From Pristiophorus japonicus (lineage: Eukaryota), in contig NC_091989.1 in assembly GCF_044704955.1 (NCBI RefSeq), positions 21,328,001 through 21,392,000 on the forward strand: DNA of 64,000 nt, given 5' to 3'. How positions within the stretch are numbered: the first letter of the stretch is position 1; each line of letters begins with the position of its first letter. Positions 46,101-55,965 of this stretch are shown here, in pieces. Position numbers and translations under genes: made by a program. The notes below the pieces were generated by a model, which saw nothing but the letters and a program-made list of their open reading frames with translations, ran no database searches and was not told the DNA's origin.

Positions 46101-47875
46101 AGCAGGTTGGGCCTATACTCATTGGAGTTTAGAAGAATGAGAGGTGATCTTATTGAAACGTATAAGGTTCTGAGGGGACTGGACAGGGTAGATACAGAGA
46201 GAATTTTCGTGTCGTGGGGGAATTTAGAACTCGGGGGTATAGTTTCAGAATAAGGGGTCGCCCATTTAAAACAGAAATGAGGAAGAATTTCTTCTCTCGG
46301 GGGGTCGTGAATCTGGGAATTCTCTGTCCCGGAGAACTGTGGAGGCTGGGTATATTTAAGATGTAGACAGATTTTTGAAAGATAAGGAAGTCAAAGATTA
46401 TGGGGAATAGACGGGGAAGTGGAGTTGAGGCCAAGATCAGATCAGCCATGATCTACGCAGGCTCGAGGGGCCATGTGGCCTACTCCTGCTCCTATTTCTT
46501 ATGTTCTTATGTTCTCACTTTGAACGATGGGTATTCTGGACCGGATCGTAGGAAGCAAGCAAAGTGAGCAGTGAGGTGTGACCCTGTTGCTGATTCTCAT
46601 CACTCTTTCCCGCAGGAGGCACTTGCCAAGTCCGCCGTCAACTCTTTAACCTCACTGTACGGAACGCGGTACAAGATCGGATCCATCTGTGATGCAATTT
46701 GTAAGTACAGTAAACCTGTACCATAACAGTCACTAGATCGCAGCACCCAGTAACCCAGTGTCGGAAGGGATAGAATGGAAGTAGCTCCCCCTAGTGGTCG
46801 TTAGCTATACGGCTCAGTGTGCTGCAAACCCATACAGCCCAGAAAGTCTGCTGTCTGTACTGATGTGGCTGATTTCTGCTTCGGGCAATGGGATTGCTAT
46901 AAAGGCCTTCAGCCCCGTGGCCTGGGGAAGGACAAGCTGAGTGAAGGGCCCCGCTCCAAATTGGTATCTGGTGATTCCCACTGCAAAGTTGAGGGCAGGA
47001 TCAGGCTTAACCTCAAGCCCCCTTGTGGCTAAATGACCCACTGACCTCGCTGTCTTGGCTCAGACAGGATCTAGCCACTCGGATGAGGTCATGGATGGTG
47101 GTTGGGGCCCATGAAACTGTGGCCCAATCAAGCGTCAGCTCAGGAGAAAGCTGCTTTTTATTTAATTGGCTCAGTTGCCCCTGAATCAGAAGGTCATGGG
47201 TTCAAGTGCCACTCTAGGGACTTGAGCACATAAACCAGGCTGACACTCCAGCGCAGTGTTGAGGGAACACTACACTGTCAGAGGTACTGTCTTTCAGATG
47301 AGATGTTGAACCGAGGCCCTGTCTGCCCTCTCAGGTGGATGTAAAAGATCCCATGGCACCATTTTGAAGACAACCAGGGGAGTTCTCCCCAGTGTCCTGG
47401 CCAATATTTATCCCTCAACCGACATCACCAAAATACATTATCTGGTTGTTTATCATTGCAGTTTGTGGGATCTTGCTGTGCACACATTGGCTGTTACGTT
47501 TCTTATATTATAACAGCGTGGACACTTCATAAAGTACTTAATTGGCTGTAAAGCGCTTTGGGACATCCTAAGGTCGTGAAAGGCACTATAGAAATGCACA
47601 TCTTTCTTGGAGCGAGGAGGGACATAAACTGAGATGATAAAACACTCTGAGGCTGAACTGTTTCTCTTACTCTCTCCTTTCCCATTTTAGACCAGGCCAG
47701 CGGAGGCAGCATTGACTGGACTTACAACCAGGGCATCAAGTACTCCTTTGCCTTTGAACTCCGTGATACCGGTCGCTATGGTTTCATGCTACCGTCCAGT
47801 CAGATTGTTGCAACCGCCCAGGAGACCTGGCAGGCGATGAAGACAATCATGGAGTACGTTGGTGACCGCTCGTGA
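31050..47875 (+). CDS. CPA2: Pancreatic-type pro-carboxypeptidase A (M14A), CPA2-like, 11 exons, 1257 nt, 418 aa
   Basis: Exons 31050-31114, 32350-32431, 33540-33674, 35714-35812, 37437-37538, 40138-40239, 41406-41516, 43083-43173, 43882-44081, 46616-46700, 47691-47875 join in frame. Signal peptide, pro-domain, GIHAREW (H69/E72), WRKTR, NRNF, IHSYSQ (H196), Y248, I255, FELRD (E270). M203, C210/C244, A268 and adjacency to TMEM209 favour CPA2; the exact paralog call is tentative. Confidence 0.9.
31531..31641. repeat. ~51-bp tandem duplication
   Basis: actaaagga.tgatcct...ccctggtattaacctta twice. Confidence 0.75.
31876..32290 (+). mobile_element. Deu-like SINE
   Basis: ggatgagacgttaaacc core. 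Confidence 0.7.
32350..32431 (+). CDS. CPA2: CPA exon 2 ([27 protein letters not shown])
   Basis: ttgtag acceptor; GC donor cag|gcaagt. Confidence 0.88.
32826..33203 (+). mobile_element. Second tRNA-derived SINE family
   Basis: tagcgtagtggtt A-box-like and gagctcaaatccc B-box-like; tail accaccttct...gggcaataaatgctggcc plus A-run; homolog at 39627-40052. Confidence 0.7.
33540..33674 (+). CDS. CPA2: CPA exon 3 (LDIWRSP...YSVMIEDLQ)
   Basis: tctag acceptor, gtacgt donor; pro-domain motif LDxW. Confidence 0.9.
33800..35410. repeat. GT-rich low-complexity tract grading into a ~30-35-bp minisatellite
   Basis: Unit gtgtggagggtattggtgtgtgtttgggg(n). Confidence 0.93.
35714..35812 (+). CDS. CPA2: CPA exon 4 ([33 protein letters not shown])
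   Basis: tttag acceptor, gtacgt donor; FNYxxYHT mature N-terminal motif. Confidence 0.9.
36188..36410. repeat. 32-bp minisatellite, ~7 copies
   Basis: Unit tactagttagattggttagtgagtatgaccat. Confidence 0.85.
37437..37538 (+). CDS. CPA2: CPA exon 5 (IYSWMDSLV...[14 protein letters not shown])
   Basis: cccag acceptor, gtatgg donor. Confidence 0.93.
37915..38296 (-). mobile_element. RTE-tailed non-autonomous element
   Basis: Reverse-complement homolog of 13808-14187. Confidence 0.7.
38300..38905 (-). mobile_element. CR1 LINE 3' fragment
   Basis: [15 protein letters not shown]...[12 protein letters not shown]. Confidence 0.8.
39627..40052 (+). mobile_element. Second tRNA-derived SINE family
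   Basis: Homolog of 32826-33203. Confidence 0.7.
40138..40239 (+). CDS. CPA2: CPA exon 6 (FSTGG...[14 protein letters not shown]), zinc-binding motif
   Basis: gacag acceptor, gtaacg donor. Confidence 0.94.
40715..41145. repeat. CT-rich low-complexity repeat
   Basis: Recurrent ctctctgtctcactcac units. Confidence 0.85.
41406..41516 (+). CDS. CPA2: CPA exon 7 (ITSDYG...[13 protein letters not shown])
   Basis: gacag acceptor, gtcagt donor. Confidence 0.93.
42090..42571 (-). mobile_element. CR1 LINE 3' fragment
   Basis: ORF 42182-42526; (CATAAGAA)n tail; GAGCAT on both flanks. Confidence 0.88.
42619..42970 (-). mobile_element. RTE-tailed non-autonomous element
   Basis: Homolog of 13808-14187; CTGTAAT / CTGCAAT flanks. 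Confidence 0.7.
43083..43173 (+). CDS. CPA2: CPA exon 8 (NRMWRKTRS...[15 protein letters not shown])
   Basis: ttctag acceptor, gtgtgt donor. Confidence 0.93.
43882..44081 (+). CDS. CPA2: CPA exon 9 (PCMETYHG...[16 protein letters not shown]...QEL)
   Basis: aacag acceptor, gtaggt donor; overlaps ORF 43908-44201. Confidence 0.94.
44702..45520 (+). mobile_element. Two Deu-like SINEs (second copy ~45027-45490 nested in or following the first)
   Basis: Two heads and two cores in the same orientation. Confidence 0.7.
45915..46515 (+). mobile_element. CR1 LINE 3' fragment
   Basis: [27 protein letters not shown]; (TTCTTATG)n tail. Confidence 0.85.
46616..46700 (+). CDS. CPA2: CPA exon 10 ([28 protein letters not shown])
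   Basis: cgcag acceptor, gtaagt donor. Confidence 0.93.
47165..47608 (+). mobile_element. Deu-like SINE
   Basis: gggttcaagt B-box, core and tail. Confidence 0.75.
47691..47875 (+). CDS. CPA2: CPA exon 11 (QASGGSIDW...[13 protein letters not shown]...DRS*)
   Basis: ttttag acceptor; TGA at 47873-47875. Confidence 0.94.
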
Positions 47876-48053
47876 CCTGTGCACAGACCGGTGGCACCAA
47901 AGCACTCGGGACGACACAGAGCTCGCTTTTGATGGTCATTTATTCCGTCAAGCACGTTGTAATTTGCGACGATTTCTGTTGAGCTGCTTCTGGTTTACTT
48001 GTACTTCTGTCATTAAATGTGGCATTAATGTATAATCTCCACCCCAGCCTCTC

Positions 48054-48059
48054 AATAAA
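48054..48059 (+). terminator. Probable CPA polyadenylation signal AATAAA
   Basis: ~180 nt after the stop; ATTAAA at 48012 is an alternative. Confidence 0.55.
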
Positions 48060-48199
48060 AAGGGAAAACAAACTCCAGAAAGGGAAAATCTTGGCTGATG
48101 TCTGGAGTCCAATCCTCTCAAACTGAGGTGTAGGTTTACTTATCGGATACGGAGACAAATGGGAACAAATGGATGGCATAGTACTTGAGATGATTATCC

Positions 48200-49670
48200 A
48201 TGATCACTAGTGATCACGTGTGAACCCTCCCCATCACTAGTGAACCTTCCCTATCACTAGTGAAACACCTCCATCACTAGTGAACCCTCCCCCATCACTA
48301 GTGAAAACCCCCATCACTCGTGAACCCTCTCCATCACTAGTGGACCCCCCCCCAACACTAGTGAACCCCCTCCATCACTAGTGAAACACCCCCATCACTA
48401 GTGAACCCTCCCCATCACTAGTGAACCCTCCCCCCATCACTAGTGAAACCCCCATCACTAGTGAACCCTCCCCATCACTAGTGAACCCTCCCCCCATCAC
48501 TAGTGAAACCCCCATCACTAGTGGAAACCCCCCCATCACTAGTGAACCCTCCCCCATCACTAGTGAAACCCCCCATCACTAGTGAAACCCCCCCATCACT
48601 AGTGAACCCTCCCTATCACTAGTGAAACACCTCCATCACTAGTGAACCCTCCCCCATCACTAGTGAAAACCCCCATCACGAGTGAACCCTCCCCCATCAC
48701 TCGTGAACCCTCTCCATCACTAGTGAACCCCCCCCCAACACTAGTGAACCCCCTCCATCACTAGTGAAACACCCCCATCACTAGTGAACCCTCCCCATCA
48801 CTAGTGAACCCTCCCCCCATCACTAGTGAAACCCCCATCACTAGTGAACCCTCCCCATCACTAGTGAAACCCCCCCATCACTAGTGAACCCTCCCCATCA
48901 CTAGTGAACCCTCCCCCATCACTAGTGAAACCCCCATCACTAGTGAACCCTCCCCATCACTAGTGAACCCTCCCCCATCACTAGTGAAACCCCCATCACT
49001 AGTGAACCCTCCCCCATCACTGGTGAACCCCCCCAACACTAATGAAACCTCCCCCATCACTAGTGAACCCTCCCCATCACTAGTGAACTCTCTCCATCAC
49101 TAGTGAAACCTCCCCCATCACTAGTGAACCCCCCCCAACATTAATGAAACCTCCCCCATCACTAGTGATCCCTCCCCATCACTAGTGAACCCTCCCCCAA
49201 CACTAATGAAACCTCCCCCATCACTAGTGAAATCCCCCATCACTAGTGAACCCTCCCCATCACTAGTGAACCCTCCCCCAACACTAGTGAAATCCCCCAT
49301 CATTAGTGAACCCTCCCCATCACTAGTGAAATCCCCCATCACTAGTGAACCCTCCCCCAACACTAATGAAACCTCCCCCATCACTAGTGAACCTCCCCAT
49401 CACTAGTGAACCCTCCCCATCACTAGTGAACCCTCCCCATCACTAGTGAACCCTCCATCACTAGTGAACCCTCCCCCAACACTAATGAAACCTCCCCCAT
49501 CACTAGTGAACCCTCCCCATCACCAGTGAAATCCCCCATCACTAGTGAACCCTCCCCAATCACAAGTAAACCTTCACCCCAATCACGAGTAAACCCTCCC
49601 TCTAATCACGAGTAAACCCTCCTCCCAATCACGAGTAAACCCTGCCCTAATCACAAGTAAATCCTCTCCA
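48200..49670. repeat. ~20-bp minisatellite with a palindromic core
   Basis: Unit ccatcactagtgaaccctcc, roughly 70 copies. Confidence 0.95.
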
Positions 49671-51377
49671 ACCGCTGAAAAAAGAATTAACTTGCATTTT
49701 TATGGCACCTTTCATGATCTCAGGAAGTCCCAAAGCACATTACAGCCAATGAAATACTTTTCAAGCTCCACTCCATAGACCTGGGCACATAATTCAGGCT
49801 GATACTCCCAGTGCATTACTGAGGGAGTGCTGCAGTGTCGGAGGTGTCATCATTTGGATGAGACGTTAAACCGAAGCCCCGTTTGACCACTCCGGTGAAT
49901 GTAAAACACCCAATGGCATTATTCAAAGAATAGGGGAGTTCTACTGGTATTCTGGCCAATATTTATTCCTCAACCAACATCACTAAACAAATTATTTGGC
50001 CTTTGATAATTGAGAAGGACATAGTTATGGCAAAGGCCAGAGTAATGGATTGAAAAAAGCTGATTTTGAGGGACTGAAAATAGAACTTGGGAAAATAAAA
50101 CGGACAACAATATTGACAAACAATGATGTAGAACAGCACTGGGAAACATTTAAAACAGTGTTCAACAGAGTCCAGGAAAAAAATTTCCACTAATAAACAA
50201 GAACAAGCTAAACATTAATGAGATTATTTGGTCTTTGATAATTGAGAAGGACATAGTTATGGCAAAGGCCAGAGTAATGGATTGAAGAAAAGCTGATTTT
50301 GAGGGACTGAATGAATAAAGTGACCATGGATGAATAAAGCCAAAAGGGAAAAATTGAGGGTAAGGAAAGAGGCATACATTAAGGAAATGGACAGCAGGGG
50401 AGAACATGATAATGGAGAATATGAAGGCATGAGGAGTGAATTCAAAAAACAATTAGGAAGGCAAAAGGAAACTATGAAATTAAATTATCAAGGGACATAA
50501 AACAAAATAGTAAAATATTTTACAGACCCATAAATTAAAAAAAGGAAGGTTCAGGAAGGGACTAGGGCCACTAAGGAATGGACAGGATAATACCACAGGC
50601 AGCAATAGAGAGATGGCAGAAATATTAAATCATTACTTTGCTTCAGTATTAAACAGGGAGACAGAACAGGCGGCGATGACATTGGATGATGAGAATGGTA
50701 ATGAGTCAACTACATTGAAAATAAAATGAGATATACTAAATAAACTAATGAAACTCAAAGAAGATAAAACCCCTGGTCCGAACAGATTACATCCACGCAT
50801 TTAAAAAGAATCGAGGGAAGAAACAGCAGAGGCATTACTACACATATTTAGTAATTTGTTAAAAAATGGTGCAGTGCCAGAGAACTGGCAGATAGCTAAC
50901 ATAATATCTATATTTAAGAAGGGAGATAGAACATGTCCGGGGAATTATAGACCAGTCAGCTTAACATCGGTGGTAGAAAAACTAATGGAATCCCTACTAA
51001 AGGAGAAAATAGAACATCTACAAACAAAAAATATATTAATAAATAGTCAACATGGATTTCAAAAGGGAAAGCTTTGCTTGACCAAACTCATTAAATTTTT
51101 GGAAGAGGTAACAGAGTGAGTCAACGAGGGAAATGCAATAGATGCAATTTATCAAGATTTTCAAAAGGCCTTCGATGGGGTACCACATAAAAGAATAATG
51201 AATAAGGTCAGAGAATGTGGAGTCAGGGGAAAAGTAGCAGAATGGATAGCTAGCTGGCTTCAAAACAGAAAGCAGAGAGTTGGGGTAAAGGGTACCTATT
51301 CAGAGCGGCAGAAGGTGGGTAGTGGTGTTCCACAAGGATCAGTGCTGGGACCACTGTTGTTCACAATTTATATTAAC

Positions 51378-51588
51378 TATTGTGTTCCTAACACAGATGA
51401 GACTGCACACAGGGAGGTTAAAGTAACAGTGACCTCAGTCTTTAATAAGACACTCCATAGTGAGGAACAGGCCTTAGGGGCCGGCTTATATACAGCGCTC
51501 CCAAGGGGTGCTGGGATCCCTTGGGACTTCAGGTGATGAGCTCCCTGGTGGCGGAACATGGGAGTGCATGCTTTACAGATACACAACA
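51378..51588 (-). repeat. Gypsy 3' LTR (211 bp)
   Basis: TGTTGTG...CACAATA on minus; TATATAAG and ATTAAA inside. Confidence 0.93.
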
Positions 51589-52099
51589 TCACTCCCCCCC
51601 CCCAAAGTCAAAGTGAAGACTGTTTACGAGGTGAGGAGGTCAGGAGCCTTTCTTTCCCTGGTGGACCGCCTCGGTACAAATGTCTATTCTGGTGTGTTGG
51701 CTGTGCCCTCGCTGGGCTGGTGTGTTGTTGGCTCTGCAGGGCTGCTAGGTGAGCCTGGCCTTGCTGGGCTGTTGGGCGTGATGGGGTCAATTTCCTAGTC
51801 CGGCGTGGTGTCGTTGATCCTTTGGGTGTGTGTTGTGGGCTCGAAAAAGGTGGTGTCTGCTGTGGGTTGTTCAGGGCAGTCTGTGAACCGCAGCCTCGTT
51901 TGGTCCAGGTGCTTTCTGCAAATTTGTCCATTTTCTAGTTTGACTACAAACACCCTGTGGTTCTTTAGCTATCACCATGCCCGCGATCCACTTGGGACCA
52001 TGTCCATAGTTTAGCACATACACAGGGTCATTCAGATCAATTTCCCGTGACACAGTGGCGCGACCATCGTTTATATTTTGTTGCTGCTGCCTGCTCTCT

Positions 52100-54911
52100 A
52101 CCTAATCATGCAGGTTGGGGTGAACCAGTGAGAGTTTGGTTTTAAGTGTCCTTTTCATGAGTAGCTCAGCCGGGGTCACCCCTGTGAGCGAGTGGGGTCT
52201 CGTGCGGTAGCTGAGCAGTACTCAGGACAGGCAGGTTTGGAGTGAGCCTTCTGTGACTCGTTTAAGGCTCTGTTTGATGGTTTGTACTGCCCGCTCTGCC
52301 TGCCCATTGGAGGTTGGTTTAAACGGGGCCGAGGTGACATGTTTGATCCCATTGCGGGTCATGAATTCTTTAAATTCGGCACTGGTGAAACATGACCCGT
52401 TGTCACTGACCAGTTGTCAGGCAGGCCGTGGGTGGCAAACATGGTCCTCAGATTTTCAATGGTGGCGGTGGCGGTGCTTCCCAACATTATTTCACATTCA
52501 ATCCATTTTGAAAAAGCATCCACCACCACCAGGAACATTTTACCAAGAAACAGGCCCGCATAGTCGACATGGATCCTCGACCATGGTCTGGAGGGCCAGG
52601 ACCACAAACATGGTGGTGCCTTTCTGGGCGCGTTGCTCAGCTGAGCACACACGCTGCATTGCCGTACAGAGGACTCTAAGTCAGAGTCGATACCGGGCCA
52701 CCACAGGTGGGATCTGGTTATCGCTTTCATCATTACTATACCCGGGTGTGTGCTGTGGAAATCCGAGATGAACGTCTCCCTGCCCTTTTTGGGTAGCACT
52801 ATGTGGTTACCCCACAATAGGCATTCTGCCTGAATGGACAGCTTGTCCTTTCGCTGCTGGAACGGTTTGATTGGCTCTTGCATTTCAACGGGGATGCTGG
52901 CCCAGCTCCCATGCAGTACATAGATTTTTGCTAGGGACAGCAAAGGATCTTGGCTGGTCCAAGTCCTAATCTGGCGGGCCGTGACAGGTGATTTATCATT
53001 TTCAAACGCTTCGATGACCATCAACAAGTCTGCGGGCTGCGCCACCATCAACAAGTTTGCAAGCTGCGCCATTTCCACCTCCGTGGTGGGCAATGGTAGC
53101 TGCCTGAGAGCATCCGCACAGTTCTCGGTGCCTGGCCTGTGGCGGATGGTATAGTTATACACTGATAGCGCAAGTGCCCACCTTTGTATGCGGGCTGAGG
53201 CATTAGTATTTATCCCCTTGTTTTCAGCGAACAGGGATATGAGGGGCTTGTGATCAGTTTCCAGTTCAAATTTGAGGCCAAACAGGTACTGATGCATTTT
53301 CTTTACCCTGAACACATACGCTAATGCCTCTTTCTCAATCATGCTGTAGGCCCTCTCGGCCTTAGACAGCTCCTGGAAGCATAGGCGACAGGTTGCAACT
53401 TCCCCGCAACATTAGCTTGTTGTAATACACACCTGACTCCGTACGACGACGTGTCACATGCTAGCACAAGTCTTTTACACGGGTTATACAATACAAGCAG
53501 CTTGTTGGAGCATAAATGTTTCTGGCTTCTCAAAAGCAATTCCTTGTTTTTTTCCCCATATCCAGTTCTCACCTTTGCGCATTAACACATGTAGGGGCTC
53601 TAAAAGGGTGCTTAACCCCGGTCGGAAGTTACCAAAATAGTTGAGGAGTCCCAGCAACGACCGCAGCTGCGTGATGTTCTGTGGCCTGGGTGCGTTCCTG
53701 ATAGCCTCTGTCTTGGCGCCTGTGGGCCGAATGCCGTCCGCTGCGATCTTTCTCCCCAAAAACTCCACTTCTGTTGCCATGAAGACGTATTTCGACCTCT
53801 TCAGCCGCAGCCCGACACGATCCAGTCGCTGGAGAACCTCCTCCAGGTTTTGTAGGTGCTCAACGGTGTCCCGACCCGTGATCAATATGTCGTCCCTGAA
53901 AGACCACCGTGTGTGGTACCGACTTGAGTAGGCTCTCCATGTTTCTCGAGAAGATCGCTGCAGCCGACCGAATCCCAAACGGGCATCTGTTGTAGATGAA
54001 CAGTCCCTTGTGCGTATTGATGCAGGTGAGGCCCTTCGAAGACTCCTCCAGCTCCTGTGTCATGTAGGCCAAAGTCAGGTCGAGCTTGGTGAACGTCTTG
54101 CCTCTTGCCAGCGTTGCAAATAGGTCGTCTGCCTTAGGTAGCGGGTATTGGTCCTGTAGCGAGAAACGATTAATAGTTACTTTATAATCGCCGCAAATCC
54201 TGACCGTGCCATCACTTTTGAGTACTGGAACAATCGGACTGGCCCACTCACTGAATTCCACTGGGGAGATGATGCCCTCGCGTTGCAGCTTGTCCAGCTC
54301 GATTTCCAGTCTCTCTCTCATCATGTGAGGTACCACTCGCGCCTTGTGGTGAAAGGGTCGTGCCTCTGGGACCAAGTGGATCCGCACCTTCGTCCCGGAA
54401 AAGTTTCCAATGCCTGGCTCAAAAAGGGAAGGAATTTGTTAAGAACCTAGGTACATGAGGCCTCATCGACATGTGATAGCGCTCGGATGTCATCCCAGTT
54501 CCAGCGGATTTTGCCCAGCCAGCTCCTTCCAAGCAGTGTGGGGCCATCGCCCGGGACAATCCAAAGTAGCAGTTCATGCATTGTGCCCTCGTAGGTGACC
54601 TTGACCATGGCGCTGCCCAGGACAGTGATGAGCTCTTTGGTGTATGTTCTCAGTTTCATGTGGATGGGGCTCAGGGCTGGTCTGAATGCCTTGGTGCACC
54701 ACAGTCTTTCTAACATCTTTTTACTCATGATGGATTGGCTAGCGCCAGTGTCCAGTTCCATGGCTACGGATAAGCCATTCAATTTGACGTTTAGCATTAT
54801 AGGTGGACATTTCGTCGAAAATGTGTGCACCCCGTGTACTTCAGCATCTGCCTCCTCTCTCTGAGGCTCTAACTTGCTTTGATACACCATGGACCGATCT
54901 TCCTCTGCCAC
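52100..54911 (-). pseudogene. Gypsy pol (protease, RT, RNase H, integrase), frameshifted
   Basis: ELDTGAS protease; WASPIVPV/RICGDYK RT; ETDHKPL RNase H; HPGI...CSVC zinc finger and RIHVDYAG integrase. Confidence 0.9.
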
Positions 54912-54956
54912 GTGGTGGTTAGCAGGTTTTGCAGAGCTTGCAGCTCGTCTGCAAGC

Positions 54957-55741
54957 TCATTGGAGGTGCTGCATTGTTCCACAGCTCTTGCAAACATACC
55001 CTTTGAAGCAGCATGAATAGGCTGAATGGAAGCCTCCACAATGCCCACAAGGTGTGAATTGCCTTGCATTCATCCTTTGTTGCGGACTCTGAGTCATCTG
55101 GGTCACCTGAGGCCTGCTGGCAGTTGCAAACTCGTGTTTTCTGCCCTGTACATTTCTGCTCGCAAACACAGTTCCAGTTAATTTATGAACATTGCTAGCA
55201 CTTGTGTGCTGAGAGATTTGTTTGATGTTATCACTGGTGGACATAAACGCCTGTGCTATCACAATGGCCTTACTGAGGGTCGGTGTCTCTACAGTCAAAA
55301 GTTTTTGTAGGATGGTCTCGTGGCCAATGCCCAGTACAAAAATGTCTCTGAGCATTTGCTCCAGGTAGCCATCAAACTCACATTGTCCTGCAAGTCGCCT
55401 AAGCTCGGCGACGTAGCTCGCCACTTCCTGACCTTCAGATCGCTGGCACGTGTAGAATCGATACCTCGCCATCAGCACGCTCTCCCTCGGGTTAAGATGC
55501 TCCCGAACCAGTGTGCACAGCTCCTCATACACCTTATCTGTGGGTTTCACTGGATCCAGAAGATTCTTCATGAGGCTGTAGGTCGGTGCCCCACAGACCG
55601 TGAGGAGGTCCGCTCTCCTTTTGCAGCGCTTCCTTCTCCGTCCAGCTCGTTGGCTACAAAGTACTGGTCTAGCCGTTCGACATAGGCTTCCCAGTCCTCA
55701 CCCTCCGAGAACTACTCCAGGATGCCCACAGTTTGCTGCAT
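54957..55741 (-). pseudogene. Gypsy gag (disrupted)
   Basis: ORF 54957-55571 (RYRFYTCQRSEGQEVASYVAELRRLA) with C-terminal Cys/His knuckles. Confidence 0.8.
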
Positions 55742-55773
55742 CTTTGCGTTGGATTTATATTCTCGTCATCAGT

Positions 55774-55965
55774 TATTGTGTTCCTAACACAGATGAGGCT
55801 GTACACAGGGAGGTTAAAGTAACAGTGACCTCAGTCTTTAATAAGACACTCCAGAATGAGGAACAGGCCTTAGGGGCTGGCTTATATACAGTGCTCCCAA
55901 GGGATGCTAGGATCCCTTGGGACTTCAGGGGAACATGGGAGTGCATGCTTTACAGATACACAACA
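55774..55965 (-). repeat. Gypsy 5' LTR (192 bp)
   Basis: Direct repeat of 51378-51588 with a 19-bp deletion. Confidence 0.93.

Larger units (their letters stand above)
51378..55965 (-). mobile_element. Full-length degenerate Gypsy (Ty3/Mag-like) LTR retrotransposon
   Basis: Two LTRs; TTAAC TSD at 51373-51377 and 55966-55970; PBS-like ACTGATGACGAG; purine tract beside the 3' LTR; gag-PR-RT-RH-IN order with frameshifts and stops. Confidence 0.95.

Noticed and set aside
48200-49670. CRISPR-like appearance (palindromic repeats)
   Set aside because: No unique spacers, ~20-bp period, no cas genes, vertebrate context.
52359-53342. 327-aa integrase ORF as a domesticated gene
   Set aside because: Lies inside an LTR-bounded element and is frameshifted within the catalytic core.
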